This document shows positions 18,717 through 27,796 of a stretch of 52,148 nt of DNA, in pieces. The notes below the pieces were generated by a model, which was given only the letters and a program-made list of their open reading frames with translations, did no database searches and was not told the DNA's origin. The stretch is taken from the NCBI GenBank assembly GCA_963976765.1, contig CAXBME010000041.1, positions 1-52,148 of the forward strand. The letters are read 5' to 3'. Within the stretch, counting starts at the first letter, position 1. Each line of letters starts with the position of its first letter. This DNA comes from an uncultured Planctomycetaceae bacterium. Lineage in GTDB: Bacteria > Planctomycetota > Planctomycetia > Planctomycetales > Planctomycetaceae. The translations under genes were made by a program, and so were the position numbers.

Positions 18717-19793
18717 ATGGATTCTCAATCGAATAGAGTTGTTGCCAAATCTGTCTGCCGAAGCTGGCTTATTGGTACGCTCACAATTGTGTTCCTGTCG
18801 GGCTGCTCCGTATGCGGAACACACATCGTTGAAGCTCCGTTCGGCGGACCATTTCTGGCCAAGACATCCGGCTGGAGCGGATTTCGCAAACCGGGACAGG
18901 CTGAACAAGCGAAGCTCGAAATGCTGGAGGAGTACGAACCGGGAAAAGTTCCGGTTGTTTTCATTCATGGCTTGCTTTCGGCTCCCGGAACGTGGCGGGA
19001 GATGATCCACGCCTTGCGTACCAGTCCAGTCATCAGCGAACGATTTCAATTCTGGGTCTTTCACTATCCGACCGGAGCGTCCTACCTTCAATCCGCCGCA
19101 GACTTACGGCGAGAACTCCACCAGACAGTGGCTCACCTTGATCCTTTTCAGCAGGACCACGCATTGAACAATCTGATTCTGGTCGGACACAGCATGGGAG
19201 GAATCATTTCCAAGCTCCAAGTCACTCATAGTGACGATCAAATCTGGCGGTCCGTTTCGAATCGACCGTTCTCCGAATTCAATGCCGACGATTCCACCCT
19301 TGCCCAAGTACAGAAGGCGATGTTCTTCGAACCTGTACCGTTCGTCCGTCGAGTGATCTTTATCGCCACCCCGCATCATGGGTCGCAATGGACGGAACGT
19401 TCTGTCGGGCGGCTTGGTCGCCGTCTCGTAGGATTTCCCAAGCCCGTACAGCAGAGCTATCAGCAATTGGTTGCGGCAAATCTGTCGCTGCTGAATCCAA
19501 CCATCGAGTCACGGCTTCCCACCAGCGTCGATCATCTTGACCCCGACAATGCGATTCTTCAGGCCACAACGAGATTGCGATTCGTCACTAATGTCCGCCT
19601 GCATTCCATCATCGGAACAGGCCATAAGCTCCCAGACGACAGCGACGGCGATGGTGTCGTATCATTGCAAAGTGCTCATATTGCAAACGTCGTGTCCGAA
19701 TCAACGATTCCGGCGAAACACACATTGATTCATCGTGATCCCGACACAATCCAAATCGTTGAAGCTGCACTGTTGGAGCACCTATCCAATTAG
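18717..19793 (+). CDS. Alpha/beta hydrolase (lipase/esterase), probable lipoprotein
   Basis: LSGC lipobox, VVFIHGL, GHSMGG nucleophile elbow, DGVV and a C-terminal His. Confidence 0.9.
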   Translation: MDSQSNRVVAKSVCRSWLIGTLTIVFLSGCSVCGTHIVEAPFGGPFLAKTSGWSGFRKPGQAEQAKLEMLEEYEPGKVPVVFIHGLLSAPGTWREMIHALRTSPVISERFQFWVFHYPTGASYLQSAADLRRELHQTVAHLDPFQQDHALNNLILVGHSMGGIISKLQVTHSDDQIWRSVSNRPFSEFNADDSTLAQVQKAMFFEPVPFVRRVIFIATPHHGSQWTERSVGRLGRRLVGFPKPVQQSYQQLVAANLSLLNPTIESRLPTSVDHLDPDNAILQATTRLRFVTNVRLHSIIGTGHKLPDDSDGDGVVSLQSAHIANVVSESTIPAKHTLIHRDPDTIQIVEAALLEHLSN

Positions 19794-20262
19794 TAGCCTC
19801 AGACGGTCATGCGAGGCTCACAAGCTGTTCGATTCTTCTGCGGCGAGCAGTCCCAGAACTCCCTGCGTAGGAGTGTAAGCATTCCTCACGGCGAGGCGAT
19901 CCTTGTCGGGCGGAGAATTTTTGGCCCGGCGATTTCTGCGGATCGGCTTCCGGGAAACTCCTTTGAGCGTTCATCTTGGAGGACTACGGTGCGGCCTTCG
20001 AAACTTTTGCAACCAAGTTAGCGCAGGCGAGTCGGCGGTGCGTCGGACGCACATAAAGAAAAGGGTGGTGCATAGTCACCATATAAGCCATCCCCCGTGC
20101 CAGCTTTCTAACCAACCGCACGATCAATTCCCCTAATCGAACTTTGCCACGGTCGCCTCGGCGTCAAGCCGAAACCATACATGGATTCGGTTCGGGATCA
20201 TGGCTCTTGTCATTCGATTCTCCAGTGGGGTGAAGTGGTTGATGAAGAGTCTGCGGGTGTCG

Positions 20263-20838
20263 TCACATCTTGAGGTAACGAAGCACCGTTCGCTTGCTCG
20301 TGCCCAGTGCTGTTGCGATCTCGGTGATCTTCAAGCCTCGGGCACGAAGCTCTTGAGCACGAACAGGAGCAGCCTTGAACGTGCCTTTCTTCCTCCCTGT
20401 GTAGACACCTCGCTTCTTGGCGACTTCGATCCCTGCTTCTTGTCTTGCCTTCTTGTATTCAAGTTCGATCTCAGCGAGACCGAGCATCACGGCGGCAATC
20501 ATTCGTCCGACCGCTCCGTTCAACTCGATCATCTGGGTGATGACGATAACTTTGATTCCCCGCTCACACCAGTCAGCAAGAAGGTTCACGCCGTCTTTCA
20601 AACGGCGGGACAATCGGTCGAGCCGCCAGCACACGACGGTCTTAACCTTGCCGGAGAAGATGTCGGCCTGCAAACGTTCGAATTCTGGCCGCTTCAAAGT
20701 CTTCCCTGATTCCTTGTCCTTGTACCACTCGACTTGTTCTTCGTCGTAGCTGTTCGCCTTGAGCCACTTCGTGATCTCGGATTCCTGACTGTCCGTCTTC
20801 TGACCGGCACTACTCACTCGGCAATAGATTCCGATCAC
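20263..20838 (-). CDS. Small serine resolvase/invertase
   Basis: YCRVSS, RLDRLSR, GRKKG and a C-terminal HTH (IATALGTSKRTVLRYL). Confidence 0.95.
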   Translation of the reverse strand: MIGIYCRVSSAGQKTDSQESEITKWLKANSYDEEQVEWYKDKESGKTLKRPEFERLQADIFSGKVKTVVCWRLDRLSRRLKDGVNLLADWCERGIKVIVITQMIELNGAVGRMIAAVMLGLAEIELEYKKARQEAGIEVAKKRGVYTGRKKGTFKAAPVRAQELRARGLKITEIATALGTSKRTVLRYLKM

Positions 20839-21145
20839 GGCATATTCCCCTGAGACTTGAAGGTGACAAAATGGGCACAGCGTTTTTTGCGCTTTCGTGA
20901 GACCACTGGCGCTCGAACGAAAGCCATTTTTTTTCGCCTCGATTCGGCGAAACCCTTTCTGTCACCTGCGGGTGTCTGATGTCCTGCAAGGTCAGGGAGA
21001 ACTGACGGAACGTGCCGTTTGTGCGTGACCCGTTACAGAAGTGACGCACGGTACAATGGCCGAATCACGGGCTTTTCAACGTTTCATGTTGCTCAGATGT
21101 GGGAGCACTGACAGTTTACAACTTCACCGTCGCATTGGACTGACA

Positions 21146-22243
21146 ATGAAGGCGTGGCAGCACGGATACGAACTGGACTACCTGAATGGACTCGCTGGTT
21201 GCTACGAGAGATACAATCGGTATGCCCTGTCGCCGTTCGGGCAGGTGAAAAAGAACGACATTGCCACGAGTCTGCATCGGGATACTCTCCACGTCCTCTC
21301 GGACAATACGTTGATCGAGGTTGTCACGGCTCAGCGAGGGACGGCCATAACAATGCACGGGCAAACAGAGATCGCCCGTCGCAGGAAAGGCGATGTGGTT
21401 TTCTCAAGACTCGCTGGTGATCCTGCGATTCTGGCTGCGTTCATCGACGGCTATGGAAAGCACGACTGCTGGCTTCAAGTATGGACGGAAGACAAGCCGA
21501 TGGCAGCGTTAGCTTCTAAATGCGGGTTCACCAAGGTGGGTGTCAAGATTTCGACGTTCGGAGAACTGACCAGCATCTACTTCCGGGGCGAGCGACGGGA
21601 TTCTCCCGGCGTTGATCTGGCTGAGATGATCGCTGTCAAGATGCTGGGAACAACCAAGATCGCCGAGTTTGCCTCTAAGAAACTCGCCACGCTCCCCCAA
21701 TTCACGAACCACTACAGCAACTACAACACGAGTGGTTCGTGGACCGCACTTTCGTTGCGGGGGTATTTGCCTGACCCCAGCTTCATCGCAAAGCCGTCTG
21801 AGATGAATCAGGCATGGCAGAAGCAACATGAACACGAGTTGTTCGAGTTGCAGGACACGCCACTGTTTCGACGCTTCCCTGATGTCAAAGCCTTTGCAAT
21901 GCAACTCGGAGGAGAAGTCCACCGAGTACGTTTCATGAAGCTGGCGGCTGGCGGAGTCTTGGGACGCCATACAGATCAAGTCGATGCCGACTCGGGCGGC
22001 GCAATTGGAATGGTCGCTCGAATTCACGTTCCAATCGTGTCCAACGACAATACAGTCTTTACCGTTTGGGACGCCGAAGGCACGCCGATGAGGGTCAGAA
22101 TGCGTGTTGGCGAATACTGGTTCCTCGACACTCGGAAGCCGCATGAAGCGGTCAACGGCGGTCACAGTGACCGTATCCATCTGGTAATCGACGTGGTTGT
22201 AAATGAGCGGTTGCATCAAAGCATCGTTGCAGGAAAGTCGTGA
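21146..22243 (+). CDS. GNAT-like domain fused to an Asp/Asn beta-hydroxylase-type 2OG-Fe(II) oxygenase
   Basis: C-terminal VRFMKL...HTD...RIHVPI...FLDTRKPHEAVN...DRIHLVID. N-half contains LQVWTEDKPMAALASKCGF, resembling GNAT motif B. Probable start MKAWQ. Confidence 0.75.
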   Translation: MKAWQHGYELDYLNGLAGCYERYNRYALSPFGQVKKNDIATSLHRDTLHVLSDNTLIEVVTAQRGTAITMHGQTEIARRRKGDVVFSRLAGDPAILAAFIDGYGKHDCWLQVWTEDKPMAALASKCGFTKVGVKISTFGELTSIYFRGERRDSPGVDLAEMIAVKMLGTTKIAEFASKKLATLPQFTNHYSNYNTSGSWTALSLRGYLPDPSFIAKPSEMNQAWQKQHEHELFELQDTPLFRRFPDVKAFAMQLGGEVHRVRFMKLAAGGVLGRHTDQVDADSGGAIGMVARIHVPIVSNDNTVFTVWDAEGTPMRVRMRVGEYWFLDTRKPHEAVNGGHSDRIHLVIDVVVNERLHQSIVAGKS

Positions 22244-22245
22244 TG

Positions 22246-22273
22246 CAGGCCGTGCCGTCCGTGGCACGACCTG
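22246..22273. terminator. Hairpin between convergent genes
   Basis: CAGGCCGTGCC-gtccgt-GGCACGACCTG imperfect stem between the stops at 22243 (+) and 22289 (-). Confidence 0.45.
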
Positions 22274-22288
22274 TTCACCAACCACCCA

Positions 22289-22537
22289 TCACTCAGGCTC
22301 GAAGGAATAATACAGGCGTGGGTCATGTTGGAACTTGACGCTTCCCTTCACACCGTCTTTGCGTTGTACCACGCAGTAGGGGCTAAGAAATGCGAGAACT
22401 GTGAACTCCTGCTGGAGTTCTGAAGTGGTCCACACGTTTCCGACGCCGTGCTTTTCTTCCAGCAGTTCCTTCGGGCTGGGATTCCGATTGATCTCTCGTT
22501 GTTCGTTGCGGCGAATTGTTTCAGTCTGGTCGTGCAT
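22289..22537 (-). CDS. Hypothetical protein (small-gene array)
   Basis: 82 aa; GGAG SD; motif copy upstream. Confidence 0.8.
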   Translation of the reverse strand: MHDQTETIRRNEQREINRNPSPKELLEEKHGVGNVWTTSELQQEFTVLAFLSPYCVVQRKDGVKGSVKFQHDPRLYYSFEPE

Positions 22538-22592
22538 GGCGCTCTCCGGTGAAGGGGGAAAGTTGTCTCAACGTCTCGGCTGCGGGTGTCTG

Positions 22593-23021
22593 CTACGATG
22601 CCAGTTGAGATCGCTTTCGCCGTCGTTTCTCTCGCTGACGTGCGTGATGCTCTTGGACCTGCTGACGCCATTCGGCGTTGCCGCCGTAGCTTTCAATCGG
22701 AACGAGATCGAGATACTTCAGCGGACAAGAGAAGTAGAAAGGCCCGCAGGCTTCGGACATATCCTTGTAGCCCCATTCGCCAGCGTGACATCGAATCAGA
22801 TCGCACGTGATCCAGCGTTGTTCAGGCTCGGTCTGCTGTCCGTTCTTCTCGAAGGTGCGTTCCCAGACAGCCCACAACACTCCGCTGAATCTGCCACCAC
22901 GAAAACAATGAGCAAGGCAGGTTGACTTGATCGAGCAGCCATTCGACTCACGCTCCCAAGGTTTGGTGCGGTCTTCGATCAGACTTTTGCGTGTGGCTCC
23001 AGACGGATAGGTCCAGCCCAT
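22593..23021 (-). CDS. Hypothetical MGE protein (DUF6927-like)
   Basis: MGW start and WGYKDMSEACGP...CP..YL pattern. GGGAG SD. Confidence 0.75.
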   Translation of the reverse strand: MGWTYPSGATRKSLIEDRTKPWERESNGCSIKSTCLAHCFRGGRFSGVLWAVWERTFEKNGQQTEPEQRWITCDLIRCHAGEWGYKDMSEACGPFYFSCPLKYLDLVPIESYGGNAEWRQQVQEHHARQREKRRRKRSQLAS

Positions 23022-23032
23022 GTTGTTCTCCC

Positions 23033-23068
23033 AAAAAGAAAGGCCAGTGAGTTTGTTCTCACTGGCCT
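23033..23068 (-). terminator. Intrinsic terminator-like hairpin inside the small-gene array
   Basis: AGGCCAGTGAG/CTCACTGGCCT 11-bp stem followed on the minus strand by TTCTTTTT. Confidence 0.7.
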
Positions 23069-23092
23069 GCGGGTGTTTAATTGACGGGGCAA

Positions 23093-23230
23093 CTATCGCC
23101 GTGATTCTGCTTCGATCAGTTCGAGTGCTTCGTCGGACGGCTCGTCGTTCGGATCGAAGTCGAGGCCCTCGAACAAATCCAGAATGTCATCAATTGCGTT
23201 GGTCGCCTCATCAGTAAACTCGTTGTGCAT
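23093..23230 (-). CDS. 45-aa highly acidic protein (not in the ORF track)
   Basis: MHNEFTDEATNAIDDILDLFEGLDFDPNDEPSDEALELIEAESRR*. GGAGA SD, with motif and hairpin upstream like neighbouring genes. Confidence 0.7.
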   Translation of the reverse strand: MHNEFTDEATNAIDDILDLFEGLDFDPNDEPSDEALELIEAESRR

Positions 23231-23318
23231 GGTTTGTCTCCAGTGAGTGGTTGGTGGAAGTCACTGGAGTGTTGGCGGGTGTCTGGATTGTCGAGTTACG
23301 CCATGCAGACGGTCAGGG

Positions 23319-23603
23319 TCAGTATTCCTCGGGCAGAAGAATCGTCGTTGCCGAGCGATCCCATTCCGTAATCACATAGAGCTTCACCATCCGAGCCGTG
23401 TGATACACCGAAAGCAACCTACTGTTGTCTTTGAGTGCCAACTCGTTGGCCTCGGCGTCGTCTTCGCAGACATCGCCCCAATCTCCGCCTTGATGTCGGC
23501 GAATGAAGATGTCCGGTGTTTGTCCTGCATCGGCAATGGCGTCCAATGCTGCTGGAGTCGCTACCGTCTGGCCAACTGAAAATATCGGAGTATTCTGTCG
23601 CAT
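23319..23603 (-). CDS. Conserved plasmid/ICE-associated small protein
   Basis: VATP...RH..GDWG...N..AL...RLLSVY...ITEWDRSATTILLPEEY pattern, as seen in mobile-element small proteins. Confidence 0.85.
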   Translation of the reverse strand: MRQNTPIFSVGQTVATPAALDAIADAGQTPDIFIRRHQGGDWGDVCEDDAEANELALKDNSRLLSVYHTARMVKLYVITEWDRSATTILLPEEY

Positions 23604-23678
23604 GGCTGCCTTTCAAAAGTGAGTTGTGATTGACAGCACTTCTGCGGGTGTTTGGTAGAATGCTGGATAAATACGGGG

Positions 23679-24242
23679 ATGGAGACCCAATACATGAATC
23701 GTTCTGACCTTTTGACCGGAGCAACACTTCAACACGGGAGTGTCGCCGATGACTTCGCTGATTTGATTGGTGAACCTGACGACGAACGAATTGTCGAGGC
23801 TCTCAAGTCGGCTTACACCAAGGCTCTGTTCAACGGCGTTGCCAGCTTGAGAAACGCTCGTGAACCAGAATTGATGCTCGATCTCTTGGTGTCCATCAAC
23901 CGGAACGCCACTCAGCCAGACGACTGGCGGTTCATCGAAGAGGGAACCATTGATCTTCCAACCACTCTTGAAATGATCCAGATGGAACTGCTTGAGTCGG
24001 CAGCTTTCTGTGGCCGAGACGCACTGCCGTTGCTTATGGCGGCGTTGGCCACATCAAATGATGTCCTGCATTTCGGCGTCTTCAATGGTGTCAAAGCGAC
24101 CGGCAACGAGGCGTTCGCAAGGATGATCCGCTCGTACATGTCCGACTTCGACAATCGAGGCATGAATGCTGATTGCCGAAGCCATTTACTTGACGCCGCC
24201 AACGAGGCGCTCGATGCCTGTTCGCCGTTCCAATTGTTGTAA
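23679..24242 (+). CDS. Hypothetical helical protein, opposite to the array
   Basis: About 187 aa ORF. Upstream are TTGACA (23630-23635) and TGgTAGAAT (-10 at 23656-23661). Confidence 0.7.
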   Translation: METQYMNRSDLLTGATLQHGSVADDFADLIGEPDDERIVEALKSAYTKALFNGVASLRNAREPELMLDLLVSINRNATQPDDWRFIEEGTIDLPTTLEMIQMELLESAAFCGRDALPLLMAALATSNDVLHFGVFNGVKATGNEAFARMIRSYMSDFDNRGMNADCRSHLLDAANEALDACSPFQLL

Positions 24243-24248
24243 CGGGTG

Positions 24249-24539
24249 TCAGATCGGGATGATTTCGTATTCGACTTCCTCACCACGTTCGATGTCTCGG
24301 ACGGCCAGCAGTGCCGCCATCTCTCGGTCGGTCGTCATTCGGCACAAGCTGTTCAGTTTGCTCACGAACGCCAGCGAGACGGGATGATTGATGAGATTAT
24401 CCCCATAGATGTCGCTTCGGTGCATGGCCAAAAGATGGCGATGGAAGCAACCAACGATGGCCACCAGATTCACGGCGTCTTGAATTGTATTTGCGTCGGC
24501 GGCAGCCTGACGTTCGGCTTCAGTGTTCTTTGTTTTCAT
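24249..24539 (-). CDS. Hypothetical protein
   Basis: 96 aa; AGGAG SD; overlaps the upstream stop. Confidence 0.75.
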   Translation of the reverse strand: MKTKNTEAERQAAADANTIQDAVNLVAIVGCFHRHLLAMHRSDIYGDNLINHPVSLAFVSKLNSLCRMTTDREMAALLAVRDIERGEEVEYEIIPI

Positions 24540-24973
24540 TGTTGATCTCCTGACTGCTCTGCGGGTGTTTCATCCCAATCCCATTCATCAAGCTCAGCCG
24601 GAAGAACGCCTTCAACCGGTAGGTTGTTGCCGAAGTATCGGCAAGGAAACGGGATCGCTGTCCCCTCTGCGCCGTGAATAGCCAGATGGTCAAGATCGAG
24701 AACTTGCCCGGAATCGGAATAGTGCCGATCTTCCTCCGGGTAATCGTCGAGGTAGTCGTCTTCCACGACGATGTTGTGGCCATAGCGTTCATTTGCGGCC
24801 AATTCGTTAATCGCATCGCAGGCGGAATCGGCCTCGACGATCAGGAAGAGCGGCGTGTACGAACCGCCTACCTCCAGTAACCACGTTTTTCCGAACCACG
24901 CTGACGGGTTCAGGACAGGAATGTCATTGAGTTCGTGATCGCCGAGTTTGGCCTTCGCTTTGATCCGTGACAT
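24536..24973 (-). CDS. Acidic hypothetical protein
   Basis: Start MSRIK with a GGAG SD; rich in D/E. Confidence 0.8.
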   Translation of the reverse strand: MSRIKAKAKLGDHELNDIPVLNPSAWFGKTWLLEVGGSYTPLFLIVEADSACDAINELAANERYGHNIVVEDDYLDDYPEEDRHYSDSGQVLDLDHLAIHGAEGTAIPFPCRYFGNNLPVEGVLPAELDEWDWDETPAEQSGDQQ

Positions 24974-25021
24974 GGATGCTCCAGTGCAAAAGTTGGAATG
25001 TTGTTGCACTGGTTGCGGGTG

Positions 25022-25921
25022 TCATGCTGAGTCGCCTTTGACTCGTTTCAATGAACGATAAAATGAGGCTCTGCTCTTGTTTGAACGCTCCATAAAATGG
25101 CGGCAGGCATCGGCGGTACTGTCAGGGAACTTTCGGAGCGATTCACGAACCAGTCGTTCATCTCGCTCTGCGTTGACAAGCCGTTTCGAAGCCGAAGCAG
25201 GACGACCGAGGTTCTGTAGTTGAGCCAAGACGACAGGTCGCCAGTCCTGCCCTTGTTCAATGCAGAACTTGTAGATGCGGATCGCTGGCGTCAGCAGTCG
25301 CATCGAAAGCTGCTTTTCCGAGCCATGTTCTTCGATGAAGTCCACGACTTCGGCGGCAGCTTCCGGTGGGCATCCCGGATAGCCATTGGCGCTCATAACT
25401 CGGAACTGCTCAAGAATCTCGGCGTTGCTCAAGTCCATGCGGCAAACCAGACACCGTGTCAGAACGGCATCGAACATTGGGTTCTTCTTCGGGATTTGAT
25501 TCGCACAGAAGATGAATCGTGACGTTGTTTCGAATCGGGCGGGAAGGTCATCCGGTAACTGGCTGCTGTTGTACGTTACGACTCGGTTTGGCTGACCAAA
25601 CAAAGCGCTGCGGAGGATGCCAAGTGCGGGTGCGTTGCTGCTGGCGTAGAGCGAGTCACAATCATCGAAGAACAAGATCGCTTCGTTCTCACGGTTCTCG
25701 AACAAGACCCGGTAGAGTTGAAGCGTCGTACAGTGGCTATTGTAAAGAACCATGTCCTGTCCTTCTTCGTCGAGGACTTTGGTGATGGTTCTCGACTTGC
25801 CAGCGCCGCCTGATGAAATGCAGAACAGACTGTGGTATTGCTTCTGAGCAATCATGCGGACCATGTTGGCCAACGTCTCTTGCTTCTCTTCAAGCCGTGT
25901 CTTCGGGCGTGCGAGTTCCAT
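25022..25921 (-). CDS. P-loop/AAA-like ATPase with C-terminal HTH-like tail
   Basis: SSGGAGKS Walker A, LFFDDCD Walker B, FIFCAN sensor-1, TRC and a KSRASFYRSL tail. Start MELAR. Confidence 0.8.
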   Translation of the reverse strand: MELARPKTRLEEKQETLANMVRMIAQKQYHSLFCISSGGAGKSRTITKVLDEEGQDMVLYNSHCTTLQLYRVLFENRENEAILFFDDCDSLYASSNAPALGILRSALFGQPNRVVTYNSSQLPDDLPARFETTSRFIFCANQIPKKNPMFDAVLTRCLVCRMDLSNAEILEQFRVMSANGYPGCPPEAAAEVVDFIEEHGSEKQLSMRLLTPAIRIYKFCIEQGQDWRPVVLAQLQNLGRPASASKRLVNAERDERLVRESLRKFPDSTADACRHFMERSNKSRASFYRSLKRVKGDSA

Positions 25922-25925
25922 TTGA

Positions 25926-26255
25926 CTATTCCTTCGGTGGTTTGTCGTTCGTGTCTGCTTTGTTACGGGTGTCTTCGGCGAAGTACACGCATGAGTAACC
26001 ACCCTGATCCACGAAGGCGCAGAATGTGTGGTTCTTCTCCACGAGGGCCAGACAGCGTTCAACGAGTTGTTGTCGTGTCAGCTTCCGCAAGCGGGCTTTC
26101 TCCGCTTCTCCAGCACGTTGAGCGTGCTCAAACAACCTGCGATACACATCAGAGAACTTGTCCGATGCGATGGCTTTCACGAGGTCTTTGTCAGGCCATG
26201 ATTCCAGCTTCTTTCGAATCTCGTTCCAGATGTCTGGTGGTATGTCCGCTGGCAT
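25926..26255 (-). CDS. Hypothetical protein
   Basis: 109 aa; GGAG SD; motif upstream. Confidence 0.7.
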   Translation of the reverse strand: MPADIPPDIWNEIRKKLESWPDKDLVKAIASDKFSDVYRRLFEHAQRAGEAEKARLRKLTRQQLVERCLALVEKNHTFCAFVDQGGYSCVYFAEDTRNKADTNDKPPKE

Positions 26256-26335
26256 TGCGTGCTCCGTTGTTGCTGTATTTGCGGGTGTCAGAAAGCTGCG
26301 ATCATCCCTGAACGCAGTCGTTCCAACTGTTGGAT

Positions 26336-26950
26336 TCAGACCGAGACGGCTTTGGCGTTGCCGTATCCGAGGGCCGTGAAGGCGTTTCGCAATGATTCCT
26401 CAGACGGATACCCCCCTTGGTCGTCGGTGTTCTCGATTTCCGAGCAGTCGTTGCCGCTCAGCCATGAGTAGGTCTCGTACTGCCAGTCTTCCGGCAGGAC
26501 GTAATCGTCTTTCAATCGCCATGCGCTGTCGGCGATGTTTTCGATGGTGGCTTCGTATTGCCGATTGCTGTAGTCCTCTTCGTCGAGGATCGGGTAGCCG
26601 TCCATCGCATCGGCAAGTTTGTGGTACTTCCGAAATGCGGGTGTGATCTCGCCATCCTTGAAGACTCGAATGCTGAATCCGTCAATGTGACCCACTGCCC
26701 AGTGATTGTGGGACTCCATCACCACGTCGGGATCGTCGCCGTCAGTGAATGGCTCCATCGCCTTGCCGATGACTTGAGCATTGCTCTGGTCGAGCAACCC
26801 GCTATCTCGGTTGTGGGTGTAAATGATTGCCCAGTCCTCGGCGTCAGAAATGTCATCTCGATACCAAACGAAGCACTTGAAATCTCGCCAGTTGCCAGCG
26901 GCCTGTTTTGCCGCATCTTCGAGGTCGAGTTCGCCAATTCGATTCGCCAT
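26336..26950 (-). CDS. Acidic hypothetical protein
   Basis: 204 aa; GGAGA SD inside a hairpin. Confidence 0.85.
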   Translation of the reverse strand: MANRIGELDLEDAAKQAAGNWRDFKCFVWYRDDISDAEDWAIIYTHNRDSGLLDQSNAQVIGKAMEPFTDGDDPDVVMESHNHWAVGHIDGFSIRVFKDGEITPAFRKYHKLADAMDGYPILDEEDYSNRQYEATIENIADSAWRLKDDYVLPEDWQYETYSWLSGNDCSEIENTDDQGGYPSEESLRNAFTALGYGNAKAVSV

Positions 26951-27001
26951 TGTTTGTCTCCGGCAGGTTGTGGGAGGGGTAATCTGCCGGAGTGGCGGGT
27001 G

Positions 27002-27337
27002 TCATTCTTTGTGTTCGAGTCTCAATTGCATGGTCAGGTCCAGCGACACCGAGAGAAGCTGGTGAACACTGTTCGGCATCACGGTGTCGGCCCGATACGG
27101 CAGCTTCAGTCCGACGCTTGCCTTCATGTGATGTAGAAGGAGCAACACGTACTGACTGGCGATCTCAGACGGCAATGGCCAGCGTGGGTGGTAGTAACTT
27201 TGCGAGATGTCGTAGGCCCACTTCCAAGCCAACCGCCATGGCTCACCACGTGGTCGAATCCCGAAGACCCACAAGTGACTGCGGACTCGTTTGACTAGCG
27301 CCTTCTTGGGCCAGCCGGGGAGTTGTTCTGTTGCCAT
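27002..27337 (-). CDS. Hypothetical protein
   Basis: 111 aa; tightly packed behind the 27342-27674 ORF; stop codon fused to the motif. Confidence 0.55.
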   Translation of the reverse strand: MATEQLPGWPKKALVKRVRSHLWVFGIRPRGEPWRLAWKWAYDISQSYYHPRWPLPSEIASQYVLLLLHHMKASVGLKLPYRADTVMPNSVHQLLSVSLDLTMQLRLEHKE

Positions 27338-27341
27338 GCGT

Positions 27342-27674
27342 TCAATCCAGAAGTTCCAGAACTTTGTCCTTCACGTCATCTTCGAAGGCGTCGGCGGCAA
27401 AGACCTGAAATGGGAAGCTGTCGTGAATGTCGTACTTGTTCTTGAACGTCCCGTGGAAGAACGACGCACAGGGATGATTCGAGAACTGGAGAGTGTGAAT
27501 CTGGAGTTCCGTCCCGATCACGTAGTCGTGTTGTTCCGTGTGCTCATTCACCAGTCGTGTCAGTAATTCGTCCCGATCCTCGTCGTTGGTATCGTTAAAC
27601 TCCGCAACGATGTGCTCCGCCACGTCTTCCACAGCGGACCAGTAGACTTCGATTTGCTGATGTGTTTCAGGCAT
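27342..27674 (-). CDS. Acidic hypothetical protein
   Basis: About 110 aa, co-oriented and D/E-rich. Confidence 0.75.
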   Translation of the reverse strand: MPETHQQIEVYWSAVEDVAEHIVAEFNDTNDEDRDELLTRLVNEHTEQHDYVIGTELQIHTLQFSNHPCASFFHGTFKNKYDIHDSFPFQVFAADAFEDDVKDKVLELLD

Positions 27675-27796
27675 AAGTTGTTGTTCCAAGAGTTGGAAAT
27701 GAGGCCGCTTCGATCCGTGCTGTCTGGTGGTCCCCGTTTAGGGCGTCGAGACCGCCGAGAACGGACGTGATCGAAGCGGCATTGTGATTGCGGGTG

